Positions 46,352 through 55,825 of a stretch of DNA of 64,000 nucleotides are shown here, one piece after another. The first letter of the stretch is position 1. The number at the start of each line of letters is the position of its first letter. The DNA comes from an uncultured bacterium. GTDB taxonomy: Bacteria; Chlamydiota; Chlamydiia; Chlamydiales; VFKH01. A program made the position numbers and the translations under genes. Under the pieces are notes generated by a model. It saw nothing but the letters and a program-made list of their open reading frames with translations. It did no database searches and was not told where the DNA came from. The DNA lies in assembly GCA_964596685.1 (NCBI GenBank), contig CAZQVA010000004.1:15004-79003 (forward strand), in the 5' to 3' direction.

Positions 46352-47230
46352 TCAGGCCGTCTGGCTGCCCAGTTCAATCAATAGCGCCTTGATCAGGTCG
46401 TCGATCAAGGCGCGTTTGCGCCGCATCAGAAATATCGGCGTTGTCCAGGCACCATTACCCATGTCGCGCCACAGCAGGTCCGGCAGGTCTTCGCACAGCG
46501 AATGCGGCAGAATGGCGAGGCATCGGGACCGGCGCAGCGCCTGCAGCGTGAACAAGACCGATGTTGTCATGATACCGGGACGCGGAGGGGCCATCCCCGC
46601 GTTGACGAACGCTTCTCCGATCTGCGCATCCAATAACGCCGTGTTGCGGCCTATGATCCATTGAGCCTCTGCGAGATCGGCCAGGCCGCTGGCGTTCGAG
46701 AGCAGGGTATTGTCCGCAGCGCTGGTAACGCCCCATCGCTCAACTGCGAGCTGTTCAAGCAGTACGCTGTCCGTCTGCTCCGCAGTTTGCGATGAAATGG
46801 CTACATCGATCTCTCCGCGATGAAGCTTGGCGACAAATTCCCGATCGATCCCGCTTTCGACATCGATGCGCACGCGCGGATAACGCTCGGCAAAGCGCAT
46901 GACCCGGCTGCCCAGGTGGCTGGATGCGGCAATCGGGCTTAGCCCCACAACCAATCGACCGCGCTGCAAGCCTAGTTCCGCACTGGCTGCATGTCTGAGG
47001 CGGCCAGCATCTGCCAGAACCTGCCGGGCGTGTTCGGCAATGGCATCGCCTAGCCGGGACAGGACCATGCCGCGCGCTGCACGCTCGAACAGTTTTCCGC
47101 CCAGTTCCAGTTCCAGCCTGGCAAGGCTTTTGGACAGGGCCTGCTGAGTTAACCCCACGCGATCTGCGGCAAGTGTCAGGCTGCCGGCATCGACGACGGC
47201 AAGGAAGTGGGAAAGTTGGCGCAGTTCCAT
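46352..47230 (-). CDS. LysR-family transcriptional regulator
   Basis: MELRQLSHFLAVVDAGSLTLAADRVGLTQQALSKSLARLE is a canonical LysR wHTH. It is divergent from the FAD oxidoreductase gene, with a TTGT-N8-ACAA box in the intergenic region. Confidence 0.9.
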   Translation of the reverse strand: MELRQLSHFLAVVDAGSLTLAADRVGLTQQALSKSLARLELELGGKLFERAARGMVLSRLGDAIAEHARQVLADAGRLRHAASAELGLQRGRLVVGLSPIAASSHLGSRVMRFAERYPRVRIDVESGIDREFVAKLHRGEIDVAISSQTAEQTDSVLLEQLAVERWGVTSAADNTLLSNASGLADLAEAQWIIGRNTALLDAQIGEAFVNAGMAPPRPGIMTTSVLFTLQALRRSRCLAILPHSLCEDLPDLLWRDMGNGAWTTPIFLMRRKRALIDDLIKALLIELGSQTA

Positions 47231-47337
47231 AGCCAAACCATCAACCATAAGTTGTACAAAATGACAACCGGTTGCTGGTTCGATCGAAGTGTACCGCACA
47301 AGCTTGGGTCAAATGCCTTTCTTGGGAGTATTGAACC

Positions 47338-48867
47338 ATGGCTAGTCTGAACAGCGTTTCCCAGTGGGACGAAGTCGTCGATGTGTTGATCTGCGGTTAC
47401 GGTTGCGCGGGTGCGTCTGCCGCCATCGAGGCTCGTGACACTGCTCCCGATGCGCGCATCCTGATCGTGGAAAAGGCGCCGCAGGAATTTGCCGGCGGTA
47501 ATTGCCGCGTTTCCGGGCAGTCGCTGCTGATTTCAAAGAACAAGGACGCCCTGAAGGATTATCAGCGAAAGATGAGCGCTGCCAATCCCGTCAGCGAGGA
47601 ACTGCTCGACGACTGGGCCGACCGGATGGTCAACCTTGAGCCTTGGATTCAGCAGATTGCAGCCGGCGCTGGTCAGGAATTCCTGCGCGGCACGGGTTTC
47701 ACCGAGCGCGACGCTGTACTGGAATTCCCGGAACTGGGCGCGCGCGATGCCGTGGCCTACACCTCCACGATCCTGCCGATCCCGTCAGGCGTCTGGTTGG
47801 CCCTGAAGGCTAACGTGGAAAAGCGGAACGTGCCCGTCTGGTTTGATAGCCGACTTGTGGACCTCATCCAGGACCCGGACACGTTGGAAGTTTTCGGCGC
47901 GTGGATCGAACAGAACGGTCAGCGCAAGGCGATCCGCGCCGAACGCGGCGTGATTGTGGCAATCGGGGGCTATGAAGCGTCGCCCCAGATGCAGCGCGAC
48001 TATTATGGCCTGTCGAACGTTGTGCCGCTGGGGACACCGTATAACACGGGGGATGGCCTGCGTATCATGCAGAAGGCTGGCGCGGGCATGTGGCATCTGC
48101 GCAATCAGGGGCAGTCGGGCGGTATCTGGCCGGGTATCCGCCAGCCGCATCAGCAGACCTGCTACTTGCGCAATTTCATGCTGCCGGCGTTCAGCTGGTT
48201 CGACGTCGACAGCGAAGGGCGTCGTTTCTACAACGAGGCGAACGAGCTGCAGTTGACCCACTACAAGGAAAAGAAGCACGGTCGTTTCGTTGATGTGCCG
48301 CTCAACGTGGCCCACCCGGTCCACATGATCTTTGACGAAACCACCCGGCAGGCAGGCAAGCTGGTGCTGGAGGTCATGACCTGGAGCGCGGTTGTCGTTG
48401 CAGAAGAATGGAGCGAGGACAACAGCGCCGAGATTGCTTCCGGCCTCATCCACAAAGCCGACACGATTGCTGAATTGGCTGCCAAGATTGGCGTCGAAGT
48501 GGCCGTTCTTGAGGAACAGGTCGCGCGTTACAACGCAAGTTGCGCCGCCGGCAACGACGAGGTTTTCGGCCGGAATGCGGAAACTCTGCTGCCGGTAGCC
48601 AACGGCCCGTTCTATGCCTTGCCGATCACGCCCGCCATTGTCTGCACCGGCGGCGGTGCACGCCGGAACATGGACGGTGTGGTTTTCGGTCATGACGACA
48701 AGCCGATTGCGCGGCTCTACGAAGCGGGTGAACTCGGCTCGTTCATTTCCGACCTCTACCAGAACGGGTCGTACCTGACCGAAGCGATGATCACCGGCCG
48801 CGGCGCGGCGCGCAGCGTGCTGGCGCTGGCACCGTCGGTGTTGCCGGCCCCGGCAGGGCAGGCCTGA
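47338..48867 (+). CDS. FAD-dependent oxidoreductase (FAD_binding_2; fumarate reductase/ketosteroid dehydrogenase-like)
   Basis: VDVLICGYGCAGASAAIEA is a dinucleotide-binding motif. The C-terminal LYEAGELGS motif is typical of this family. Confidence 0.85.
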   Translation: MASLNSVSQWDEVVDVLICGYGCAGASAAIEARDTAPDARILIVEKAPQEFAGGNCRVSGQSLLISKNKDALKDYQRKMSAANPVSEELLDDWADRMVNLEPWIQQIAAGAGQEFLRGTGFTERDAVLEFPELGARDAVAYTSTILPIPSGVWLALKANVEKRNVPVWFDSRLVDLIQDPDTLEVFGAWIEQNGQRKAIRAERGVIVAIGGYEASPQMQRDYYGLSNVVPLGTPYNTGDGLRIMQKAGAGMWHLRNQGQSGGIWPGIRQPHQQTCYLRNFMLPAFSWFDVDSEGRRFYNEANELQLTHYKEKKHGRFVDVPLNVAHPVHMIFDETTRQAGKLVLEVMTWSAVVVAEEWSEDNSAEIASGLIHKADTIAELAAKIGVEVAVLEEQVARYNASCAAGNDEVFGRNAETLLPVANGPFYALPITPAIVCTGGGARRNMDGVVFGHDDKPIARLYEAGELGSFISDLYQNGSYLTEAMITGRGAARSVLALAPSVLPAPAGQA

Positions 48868-48868
48868 G

Positions 48869-49078
48869 ATGCTGGTCAAGACTCCCGCAATCAAGCTGGG
48901 CGTCGAAGTGCGCGAAAGCCGGGTGGAGGATGGGCGCCTCATCCTCACCGGTGTCGCCAACGCGATGCCTTGTACGGTCGAGATCGGAGGAAAGGAGCTG
49001 ATGCGACTTGCGGGCAAGCTGATGCGCCCTGCGGTGGTGGCTCTGGCGCTGCGTTCGATGTTCTCAAAATCCCAATAA
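48869..49078 (+). CDS. Small hypothetical protein (69 aa)
   Basis: The ATG lies 2 nt after the oxidoreductase stop. No motif recognised and coding status is uncertain. Confidence 0.35.
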   Translation: MLVKTPAIKLGVEVRESRVEDGRLILTGVANAMPCTVEIGGKELMRLAGKLMRPAVVALALRSMFSKSQ

Positions 49079-49135
49079 CGGCGATAAGGCGCGCTTCGGC
49101 CCGGCATTCAAAGCTCGAAGTTAAGGAGAAGTTCC

Positions 49136-49828
49136 TTGAGCGATTTTCTGGCAGTCCACGAGCTGGCCATGCTGCGGTTCGCGCACATTCTGGCGATGGT
49201 CTATTGGCTGGGCGGTGAATGGGCTGTCTTCCAGACATCCTACAAGGTCGTTGATCCGGCGCTGCCCGTGGCAGAGCGCGTACGCCATCTCGACACCGTG
49301 TTCCGCATTGACGTTGTCTCGCGGATCGGGATCGTCTCGCTGTTGCCGCTGGGCCTGCACATGGGGCACCTGTGGGGTGTGCAACCCTATGGCGGCAATT
49401 TCCTCGTCGCGGTCTGGTTGGGTTGGGTGGCCTGGGTGATCGTCACGCTGCTGGCCTTCCGCGACAAGATGCGGCGCAAGGATACCGTGTTCGGCAAATT
49501 GGAGGACTGGTCGCGCTATCTGGCTATCCCCGCCGTCGTCGGCACCGGCATCACATCTTTGCTGGGCATGGGGCCGTTTGAAGCAAGCGATGGACAGCAA
49601 TGGTATTCGGCAAAGCTGATCGTCTTCGGGCTAAGCCTGATCGTCGGGCTTGTACTTCGATATTATCTGCACGAGTGGCCGGGGATTTTCGCCCGGCTTG
49701 CCAAAGGACCAGACGCCGCTGCCGAGGCACGTCTGGCCGATCTCATCCGCTCAGCCCGGATCGTGGCCGTGATCTACTGGATCACCATTGGTGCCGCTGG
49801 CTTCCTGGGGGCGGTGAAGCCGATCTGA
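49136..49828 (+). CDS. Integral membrane protein of unknown function (paralog family, copy 3)
   Basis: TTG start with an AAGGAG RBS at 49123-49128. LAMLRFAHILAMVYWLGGEWAVFQTSY...LLPLGLHMG...YWITIGAAGFLGAVKPI aligns along its length with copy 1. Confidence 0.75.
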   Translation: MSDFLAVHELAMLRFAHILAMVYWLGGEWAVFQTSYKVVDPALPVAERVRHLDTVFRIDVVSRIGIVSLLPLGLHMGHLWGVQPYGGNFLVAVWLGWVAWVIVTLLAFRDKMRRKDTVFGKLEDWSRYLAIPAVVGTGITSLLGMGPFEASDGQQWYSAKLIVFGLSLIVGLVLRYYLHEWPGIFARLAKGPDAAAEARLADLIRSARIVAVIYWITIGAAGFLGAVKPI

Positions 49829-49851
49829 CGCTGGTCAGGCGGATGAAGGAA

Positions 49852-49888
49852 GGGGGCGGTCGTGATCCACGGCCGCCCCCTTTTGTTG
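49852..49888 (+). terminator. Rho-independent terminator
   Basis: The GC-rich hairpin GGGGGCGGTCGTG-ATC-CACGGCCGCCCCC is followed by TTTTGTTG, 24 nt after the stop of CDS 49136-49828. Confidence 0.75.
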
Positions 49889-49927
49889 TGAAATTAACAT
49901 TTGACGGTGAACCCTCCCCGATGAATA

Positions 49928-49945
49928 TATTTGTCCGTACAAATT
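49928..49945. promoter_or_regulatory. Operator-like palindrome, motif site 3 (ATTTGTCCGTACAAAT)
   Basis: 15/18 identical to site 1, about 55 nt upstream of the CN-hydrolase start at 50000. Confidence 0.5.
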
Positions 49946-49999
49946 GACCGCTCCGGGCCACAGCCGGTTCCAGCGGCAAGCAAGCGCAAGGGGTAGGAT

Positions 50000-51142
50000 A
50001 TGAGCATTTCGCGACGTGGCATGATGGGAGCCTGCGCGGCCCTGACAACGGCAGCTGCTGCAGGAGTTGGTTCCAGTGCGAAGGCTGCGACAGCCGCAGG
50101 TGCACCTGCGCCGTTGTCGATGCGTCCAGATGGCAGCTATGAAACCGTTGCGCTGGCCAAGGATGCCATCATGCTCGGCGTGGTCCAGTCGCGGGTAGTG
50201 CCGGTCGAGCTGGCGAACCTCAAGCAGTCGCGTTTTGCCAACGTCCAGCACATGGCGGACCTTATCGATCGTGCCAACGGGCTCGTCGGGCACGATATCC
50301 TGTTCTTCCATGAATTCCCGGTCACCGGCTACTATCATGGCTGGAACCTTGACGATGCGCGAAAGGTGGCGATTGAGCTGCCCGGCCCGGAAACGGAACT
50401 GCTGGCGCGCAAGGCCCGCGAATATGGGTGCTGGCTGGTGTTCGGCTCGTACGTTCGCGATCCGGCCTGGCCGAAGTCACTACTGTCGATCACGGTCATC
50501 ATGAACGACAAGGGAGAAATCGTCGACCGGCACTGGAAGGCGCGGAACCTGAAGGGCTTCTTCGGGGGACGCAAAGAGCTGTTCACCACCACCATATACG
50601 ATGTGCTGGACCGCTATGTGGAAATGTACGGTCCGGATGCGGTCCTGCCTGTCACCCGGACGCCGCTGGGCAACATCGCGACGAGTTCCACACAGAAAGA
50701 ACCGGAGCTGTTTCGCGCCTTTGCGATGAAGGGAGCGGAACTGATCCTCCGGACGGCAACGGGTGGTTTCACGCCGCTCGATATCCAGGCAACATCGCTG
50801 TACAACGGCGTGTATACTGCGGTGGCCAACAATGCCGCCTCACCCGAAAATACCCGCTATTTTGCCGATACTGGCGGCGGTGGCAGTGCGATCTATGGGC
50901 CTGACGGGGGTGAACTGGCGAGTGCGAAGCTGGCGTTCGAAACTCTGGTCAGCCAACGGATTCCGATCGGAGCCTTCCGTGCGCGCCATCGTCAGCCGGT
51001 GGTTCATACCGAACTGTTTCTGCCGGTATTTGAGCAATATCGTTCGCAGTATGGCCCGAACTTGTTCGACGCCTATCAGCCTACCGACGCGCTTGATGCG
51101 GGAAGGCACCTTCAGGACAAGGCCCGCTGGCCGCGCACGTAA
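50000..51142 (+). CDS. Carbon-nitrogen hydrolase (nitrilase superfamily) homolog with a Tat-type signal peptide
   Basis: MSISRRGMMGACAALTTAAAAGVGSSAKA carries a twin-arginine motif. ILFFHEFP supplies the Glu and DRHWKARN the Lys. The expected Cys motif reads LGNIATSSTQKEPE, with Ser or Thr at the Cys position. Confidence 0.8.
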   Translation: MSISRRGMMGACAALTTAAAAGVGSSAKAATAAGAPAPLSMRPDGSYETVALAKDAIMLGVVQSRVVPVELANLKQSRFANVQHMADLIDRANGLVGHDILFFHEFPVTGYYHGWNLDDARKVAIELPGPETELLARKAREYGCWLVFGSYVRDPAWPKSLLSITVIMNDKGEIVDRHWKARNLKGFFGGRKELFTTTIYDVLDRYVEMYGPDAVLPVTRTPLGNIATSSTQKEPELFRAFAMKGAELILRTATGGFTPLDIQATSLYNGVYTAVANNAASPENTRYFADTGGGGSAIYGPDGGELASAKLAFETLVSQRIPIGAFRARHRQPVVHTELFLPVFEQYRSQYGPNLFDAYQPTDALDAGRHLQDKARWPRT

Positions 51143-51613
51143 TCCGCATGCCATCCTCAAACTGTCCAGTTGATCGTTCTTAGGAGCAAGCTGCGTGGCT
51201 GCTTATCTCGTTGTCATTGCCCACGTTGATGATCGTGAGGCTTTCATGGGCGGCTATGCAAGGTTAGCCGCCGCGTTGGTGACCCGGATGGGCGGTCGAT
51301 ACCTGCTGCGCGCGCCGGGCGCACTTGGGCTGGAAGGCGATGGTCTGGAGGGCGCTTCGGTCGTCGTCTCCCAGTGGACTGACATGGCCGGGCTGCGGGC
51401 GTTCTGGGAAAGTGAGGAATACGCCCGCATCCGCCCCCTGCGCGAGGGTATTGCCCGCTGCAAGGTTCTGGCATTGGAAAGCCCGGACGCTCCGGCTGTA
51501 GGCGGAGATGCGACAGGGCATGACCGCGCGGCCGCCATCGCAGGAATCGTGGAGGCAGGCGAGCGGTGGAAGTCGAGTTATGCCTCTTGACGTGCTCCCC
51601 TGATTGTTACCAG

Positions 51614-52510
51614 TCAGAGGTAGAGTCTGGCCCCTTCATGATGGTTGTTTGATGGGATGGCAACGTGTCTGGGGGCATGCCCCCAGACACGTTGGCCGGC
51701 GATCTCGGCGGGGGTCTTCCCGCCCAGTTTCGAGTGTGGCCTCACCGTGTTGTAATCGTGCCGCCAGGCGGCCAGCACGAACCGGGCATGAGCCAGCGAG
51801 GTGAACAGGGTCTCGTTGAGGCATTCGTCCCGCAGGCGGCCATTGAAGCTCTCCACGAAGCCATTCTGCATTGGCTTTCCCGGTGCGATGTAGTGCCACT
51901 CGATCCGTCGCTCCTGCGACCAACGCAGGATGGCCGACGAGGTCAGTTCGGTGCCATTGTCGCTGACCACCGTATGCGGCTTGCCGCGCGTGCCGATAAG
52001 GCTTGTCAGTTCCCGCGCTACCCGTGCTCCCGACAGTGACGTATCGGCCACCAGCGCCAGGCACTCCCGCGTGTAGTCATCAACCACGCACAGGATGCGG
52101 AAGCGCCTACCGCAGATCAGGCTGTCAGAGACGAAGTCGAGCGACCACCGCTGGTTCGGACCATCCGGCAGCACCATCGGTCTGCGCGTGCCCAACGCCC
52201 TCTTGCGCCCGCCACGGCGACGCACGCGCAGGCCCTCCTCGCGGTAGATGCGCAGCAGCTTCTTGTGGTTGGGTGTGATGCCCTCCCGCGCCAGCAGGTA
52301 ACCCAGGCGGCGATAGCCGAACCGGCGACGCTCCGCCGCCAACTCGCGCAGCCTTTGCCGCAGAGCCCCGTCATCCGGCCGTGTCGGCTCGTAACGGATC
52401 ACCCTGCGGCTCACACCAACCAGTGCACACGCCCGACGCTCGCTCACCCCGTGATGCTCCCGGGCATGGGCGACGGCTTCCCGCTTGGCGCCGGGCGTTA
52501 CCATTTTTTT
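51614..52510 (-). CDS. IS3-family transposase OrfB (DDE integrase domain), expressed as OrfAB by -1 frameshift
   Basis: [12 protein letters not shown]..., [11 protein letters not shown] and the rve-domain motif [17 protein letters not shown]. The 5' limit is set at the slippery site. Confidence 0.9.
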   Translation of the reverse strand, partial: KKMVTPGAKREAVAHAREHHGVSERRACALVGVSRRVIRYEPTRPDDGALRQRLRELAAERRRFGYRRLGYLLAREGITPNHKKLLRIYREEGLRVRRRGGRKRALGTRRPMVLPDGPNQRWSLDFVSDSLICGRRFRILCVVDDYTRECLALVADTSLSGARVARELTSLIGTRGKPHTVVSDNGTELTSSAILRWSQERRIEWHYIAPGKPMQNGFVESFNGRLRDECLNETLFTSLAHARFVLAAWRHDYNTVRPHSKLGGKTPAEIAGQRVWGHAPRHVAIPSNNHHEGARLYL

Positions 52511-52764
52511 GATGCCAGATCCTTCAACACGGCATTGTCCAACATGGCCTCGGCCAGCAGCTTCTTCAGCCGCGAGTTCTCCTCCTCGAGCGACCGCAGC
52601 CGCCGGGCCTCGGACACATCCAGACCGCCGAACTTCGACTTCCACTTGTAGAATGTCGCCGAGCTGATCCCGTGGCGGCGGCAGACCTCCACCGTCGCCA
52701 TCCCAGCTTCCTGCTCCTTCAAGATCGCAATGATCTGCTCTTCGTTGAACCTGCTTCGCTTCAT
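52498..52764 (-). CDS. IS3-family transposase OrfA (HTH)
   Basis: [47 protein letters not shown]... followed by a leucine zipper. Typical of IS3/IS407 OrfA. Confidence 0.9.
   Translation of the reverse strand: MKRSRFNEEQIIAILKEQEAGMATVEVCRRHGISSATFYKWKSKFGGLDVSEARRLRSLEEENSRLKKLLAEAMLDNAVLKDLASKKW
52504..52510 (-). promoter_or_regulatory. Programmed -1 ribosomal frameshift slippery heptamer (A7)
   Basis: TTTTTTT on the plus strand is AAAAAAA on the coding strand, located at the orfA/orfB overlap. Confidence 0.7.
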
Positions 52765-53380
52765 ATCCGTCCGACTCCTTGCGTCAGACTCTACCAAAAA
52801 GCGGTCACAATTCAGGGGAGCACGTCACTCTGGCGACCTGGTGGCGATGCGCGATCTTTATGCGCCGGACTGCCTGGTCAGCCCCAACGCCGCGCCGTTG
52901 TTGAAAGGGGCCGATGCGGTGATCGATCACTTTGCCCGTCATGCCCGGTCCGGAAACCGGGTCGAGGTGGAATCAGCGATCGAGTCAATCGAGGTTGAAG
53001 GCGCGTTTGGCTATCAGGTGCTGCGCTTTGTGATGTCCATTGTCCCACCGGACCGTGACGCCTACCAGATCGCGGGGCGGACCCTGTTGGTCTACAAGCG
53101 GGGCGACGATGGCAACTGGCGTGTCTGGCGGGACATGGACAACAGCCTGGCCTCGGGCGAGGCCGTTATCTGAACCAGTTGGCTCTGTGATGGAGCCGGG
53201 CGCAGCGCCATGCTCCGCCCGGTTGCCATTCCTGCCCGCAAACGCACAAATGCCATTATCGAGGCGCCTGAATGACTAATCGCCGCGTCAGGAAGCATCG
53301 AAATATCGGCTATTTCCGCGCCTCCTTGCACTGAACGATTTTGCTTCAGATCCCGATGGTGCCGTTCATGCGTTTTCGGC

Positions 53381-54154
53381 CTAACCCATGTAAGCCCCGC
53401 CGCTGACGTGCAGCACATTTCCGGTCATATAACTTGATCCTGGGCCAAGTAGGAACAGGATCGGGCCTGTGACATCGCTGGCCGTCGCCATCCGCGCCAG
53501 CGGGATCTGCGCGAGATATGCGTCCATGTCGAACCGTAGCGGTGCAGCCGGGTCCAGCGCCCGCCCTCGGCCACCTCGCAGGAAGGGGGTGTCCACCGCG
53601 CCGGGCGACACGAAGTTGATCCGCACTCCGGGGGCCAATTCACGCGCGACGGATTGGCCCATCGCGACCATCCCGGCTTTGGCTGCCACATAAGGGGCAT
53701 AACCTGCCTGCGGGATGTAGGCCATGTCGCTTGTCAGCATCACTACGCTTGCTGTGCTGTCATGCTTCAGCAGCGGCACGGCGGCGCGAAGGCACAGCGT
53801 CATCAGCCGCAGGTTGCCATCCAGCACGTCGTCGATCTGCGCGATTTCCCATTGATCGATCGGCTGGCGTGGGCCAGCAAAACCTGAAGCGATGACAAGG
53901 CCGTCGAGCCGTGGGGTGATCTGCGCCACTTGGGCGAACGCCGTAGAGATCGACTCCGGGTCACGCCCATCAAAGGCGATGGCATGGTGTGCAGGGCCGG
54001 GCGCTTCGGCCAGCGAACCGGGCAAGTCCATGGTAATCACCGTACAGCCACCATCGACCAGCGCCCGAACGACGTCTGCGCCGATCCCGCCGCAGGCTCC
54101 CAGCACGGCAATATGGGATCCGGCAGGCGGCATGAACTTTGTTGTGTCAGCCAT
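53381..54154 (-). CDS. Short-chain dehydrogenase/reductase (SDR)
   Basis: Start at MADTTKF (54154). VLGACGGIGADV is a Gly-rich NAD site and YVAAKAG is the YxxxK motif. Confidence 0.85.
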   Translation of the reverse strand: MADTTKFMPPAGSHIAVLGACGGIGADVVRALVDGGCTVITMDLPGSLAEAPGPAHHAIAFDGRDPESISTAFAQVAQITPRLDGLVIASGFAGPRQPIDQWEIAQIDDVLDGNLRLMTLCLRAAVPLLKHDSTASVVMLTSDMAYIPQAGYAPYVAAKAGMVAMGQSVARELAPGVRINFVSPGAVDTPFLRGGRGRALDPAAPLRFDMDAYLAQIPLARMATASDVTGPILFLLGPGSSYMTGNVLHVSGGAYMG

Positions 54155-55061
54155 ATTCAATACATTCCAGTAGTTCGCCGCTGGGCCCCCGCAGGGTTGC
54201 GGCGCGGCGACCATTGTAGGGGAAACCGGCATGGGCAGCCGGCGGTGCGAGCCATTCTACGTCCAGTGCATCTAGATTGGCGACGCCAATGCTGACCAAT
54301 GCGTTGCCAGGAGGCAGCATAGCATCGTGCTGTGGGCGGGCCTTGGCCTGAGGAGGGTATCCATCCACCTCGAAGATCGTCATCCGCCCGTTCTGTATCA
54401 TCGTCAGATCGGTGCGGTAACTGTCCGGCAGGTCGAAGGCCTGATTGATCATCCTGTAGGTCAGGTTGAACGTGTCGGCAGCCTGCAAGCCCAGATGCCG
54501 CTCATACCAATTGACCGATGCCACCCGATCGGGCGTGGCCAGGATAGCGATGAACAGATGATCCACCGATGACTGTGCGCGGGGCAGATCACAGTTCGGC
54601 ATGTCCGCGCGCACTTCGTTCAGATAGACCATTTCCCGGCCGCGGCCCAATATCTGCATCGGAATGAAATAGGCCATTCCCTCCAGCTCGCGCGGCAAGC
54701 CCTGGATCGTAAAGCCCGACTCGTCCAGCCGGTCCGGCCACCCGAACACGTCCTGGACGGTAAGTTCGAAGGCGGCCCAGCCGTGGCTCGTGGTCGGGAC
54801 GAAAGCTGGGCAATCCGGCTGTTCGACCAGACGAAGTGCACAGGGTGACCCGCTTTGCGGTCGAAGAACGGCCATGCGCGAGCCGGCGCTGGCGGGCGCG
54901 CCCCAGGCAGCGGCAAGCCTGTCGTCAATCCGCGAGGCTTCGACCAGTTCCAGACCAAGGACATCGCGGTAGTCCAGGATCGCCGCGTCAAGATCAGGGG
55001 CCACGGACAGGCCGCCCACGATCTGGCCGTGGCGCGGCGGATCTGTAAAGGGCGCGCTCAT
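54147..55061 (-). CDS. VOC-family (glyoxalase/dioxygenase-like) two-domain protein
   Basis: 304 aa with two repeated beta-alpha-beta-beta-beta-like modules (DYRDVLGLELVE..., WYERHLGLQ...). Assignment is tentative. Confidence 0.6.
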   Translation of the reverse strand: MSAPFTDPPRHGQIVGGLSVAPDLDAAILDYRDVLGLELVEASRIDDRLAAAWGAPASAGSRMAVLRPQSGSPCALRLVEQPDCPAFVPTTSHGWAAFELTVQDVFGWPDRLDESGFTIQGLPRELEGMAYFIPMQILGRGREMVYLNEVRADMPNCDLPRAQSSVDHLFIAILATPDRVASVNWYERHLGLQAADTFNLTYRMINQAFDLPDSYRTDLTMIQNGRMTIFEVDGYPPQAKARPQHDAMLPPGNALVSIGVANLDALDVEWLAPPAAHAGFPYNGRRAATLRGPSGELLECIEYG

Positions 55062-55825
55062 CGGAAGGCTGGCGGCCGCTTTGCCAGAAACGCACTGACG
55101 CCTTCTGCAAAGTCATCACCGTCGAAAGCGGCGGCGAATTCAGCGCGGGTGGTATCGTCGTCAGCGACCTGTCCATCCAGAATGCGCTGGACCATCACCT
55201 TGGACATGCGCTGGCTGTGACCCGAAACCGCCACAAGTTCACTTGTGATGCGGTCAAGTGCGGCGGCAGGATCGGTGTCGAGGAGCGTTACCATGCCGAT
55301 CGCGAGCGCCTCTGCCGCGGTCAGCAATGTACCGGTGAACAGGATGCGCTTGGCCTGGGCCGGACCGACCAGGTCGACCAGCAGCTTGGTGTCGTGCAAG
55401 GGATAGACCAGCCCCAATTTGGCCGGGGTGATGCCAAAGCGCGCCTTTGGACCAGCGACGCGGAAATCGCAGGCCAGTGCAATGCCGCAGCCGCCGCCCA
55501 CGCAATCGCCCTCGATGAAGGCAATGGTCGGCTTTGCCGCGCGGGCCAGTTCATGCTGTACGCGATTGATCGCGGCCTGATTGGCGGCGCGCCATTCCCG
55601 ATCGCGTGCGCCGGTGGCAAATTCACCAATGTCCGCACCTGCGCAGAATGCGCTGTCCGGTTTGGCCGCGCGCACCACCAGCACATTGACTGCCGGATCG
55701 GCCATCGCCTGGGCCAGAAGTTGCGGGAACAAGTCCCACATTTCCTGGTTGAAGGCATTGCGCTTGTCTGCGCGGTCGATCAGCAGGTGAGCCACCGCAC
55801 CCTGCCGTTCCAGTCGCAGGGTCAT
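55058..55825 (-). CDS. Enoyl-CoA hydratase/isomerase (crotonase) family
   Basis: Start at MTLRLERQGAVAHLLIDRADKRNAF. FCAGADI and IAFIEGDCVGGGCGIALACD are crotonase oxyanion-hole motifs. Confidence 0.88.
   Translation of the reverse strand: MTLRLERQGAVAHLLIDRADKRNAFNQEMWDLFPQLLAQAMADPAVNVLVVRAAKPDSAFCAGADIGEFATGARDREWRAANQAAINRVQHELARAAKPTIAFIEGDCVGGGCGIALACDFRVAGPKARFGITPAKLGLVYPLHDTKLLVDLVGPAQAKRILFTGTLLTAAEALAIGMVTLLDTDPAAALDRITSELVAVSGHSQRMSKVMVQRILDGQVADDDTTRAEFAAAFDGDDFAEGVSAFLAKRPPAFR

Larger units (their letters stand above)
51588..52827 (-). mobile_element. IS3-family (IS407-group-like) insertion sequence, 1240 bp
   Basis: Terminal inverted repeats start with TGACGTGCTCCCCTGA at both ends. 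A 4-bp target duplication CTCT is present (51584-51587 and 52828-52831). orfA and orfB are linked by an A7 slippery run. Confidence 0.92.
51195..53173 (+). pseudogene. DUF1330 / SnoaL-like (DUF4440-like) fusion gene interrupted by an IS3-family element
   Basis: The 5' part (51195-51587) has a DUF1330-like sequence and its stop TGA (51588-51590) is supplied by the IS end. The 3' part (52832-53173) continues in frame after removal of the IS plus one CTCT copy (...WKSSYAS|GDLVAMRDLYAPDC...). Confidence 0.7.

Noticed and set aside
46335-46372. 9-bp stem hairpin (CTGGGCAGC...GCTGCCCAG) between the convergent YciI-like and LysR genes, as a bidirectional terminator
   Set aside because: It has a 20-nt loop that includes the LysR stop codon, and no flanking T-run. 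The evidence is weak.
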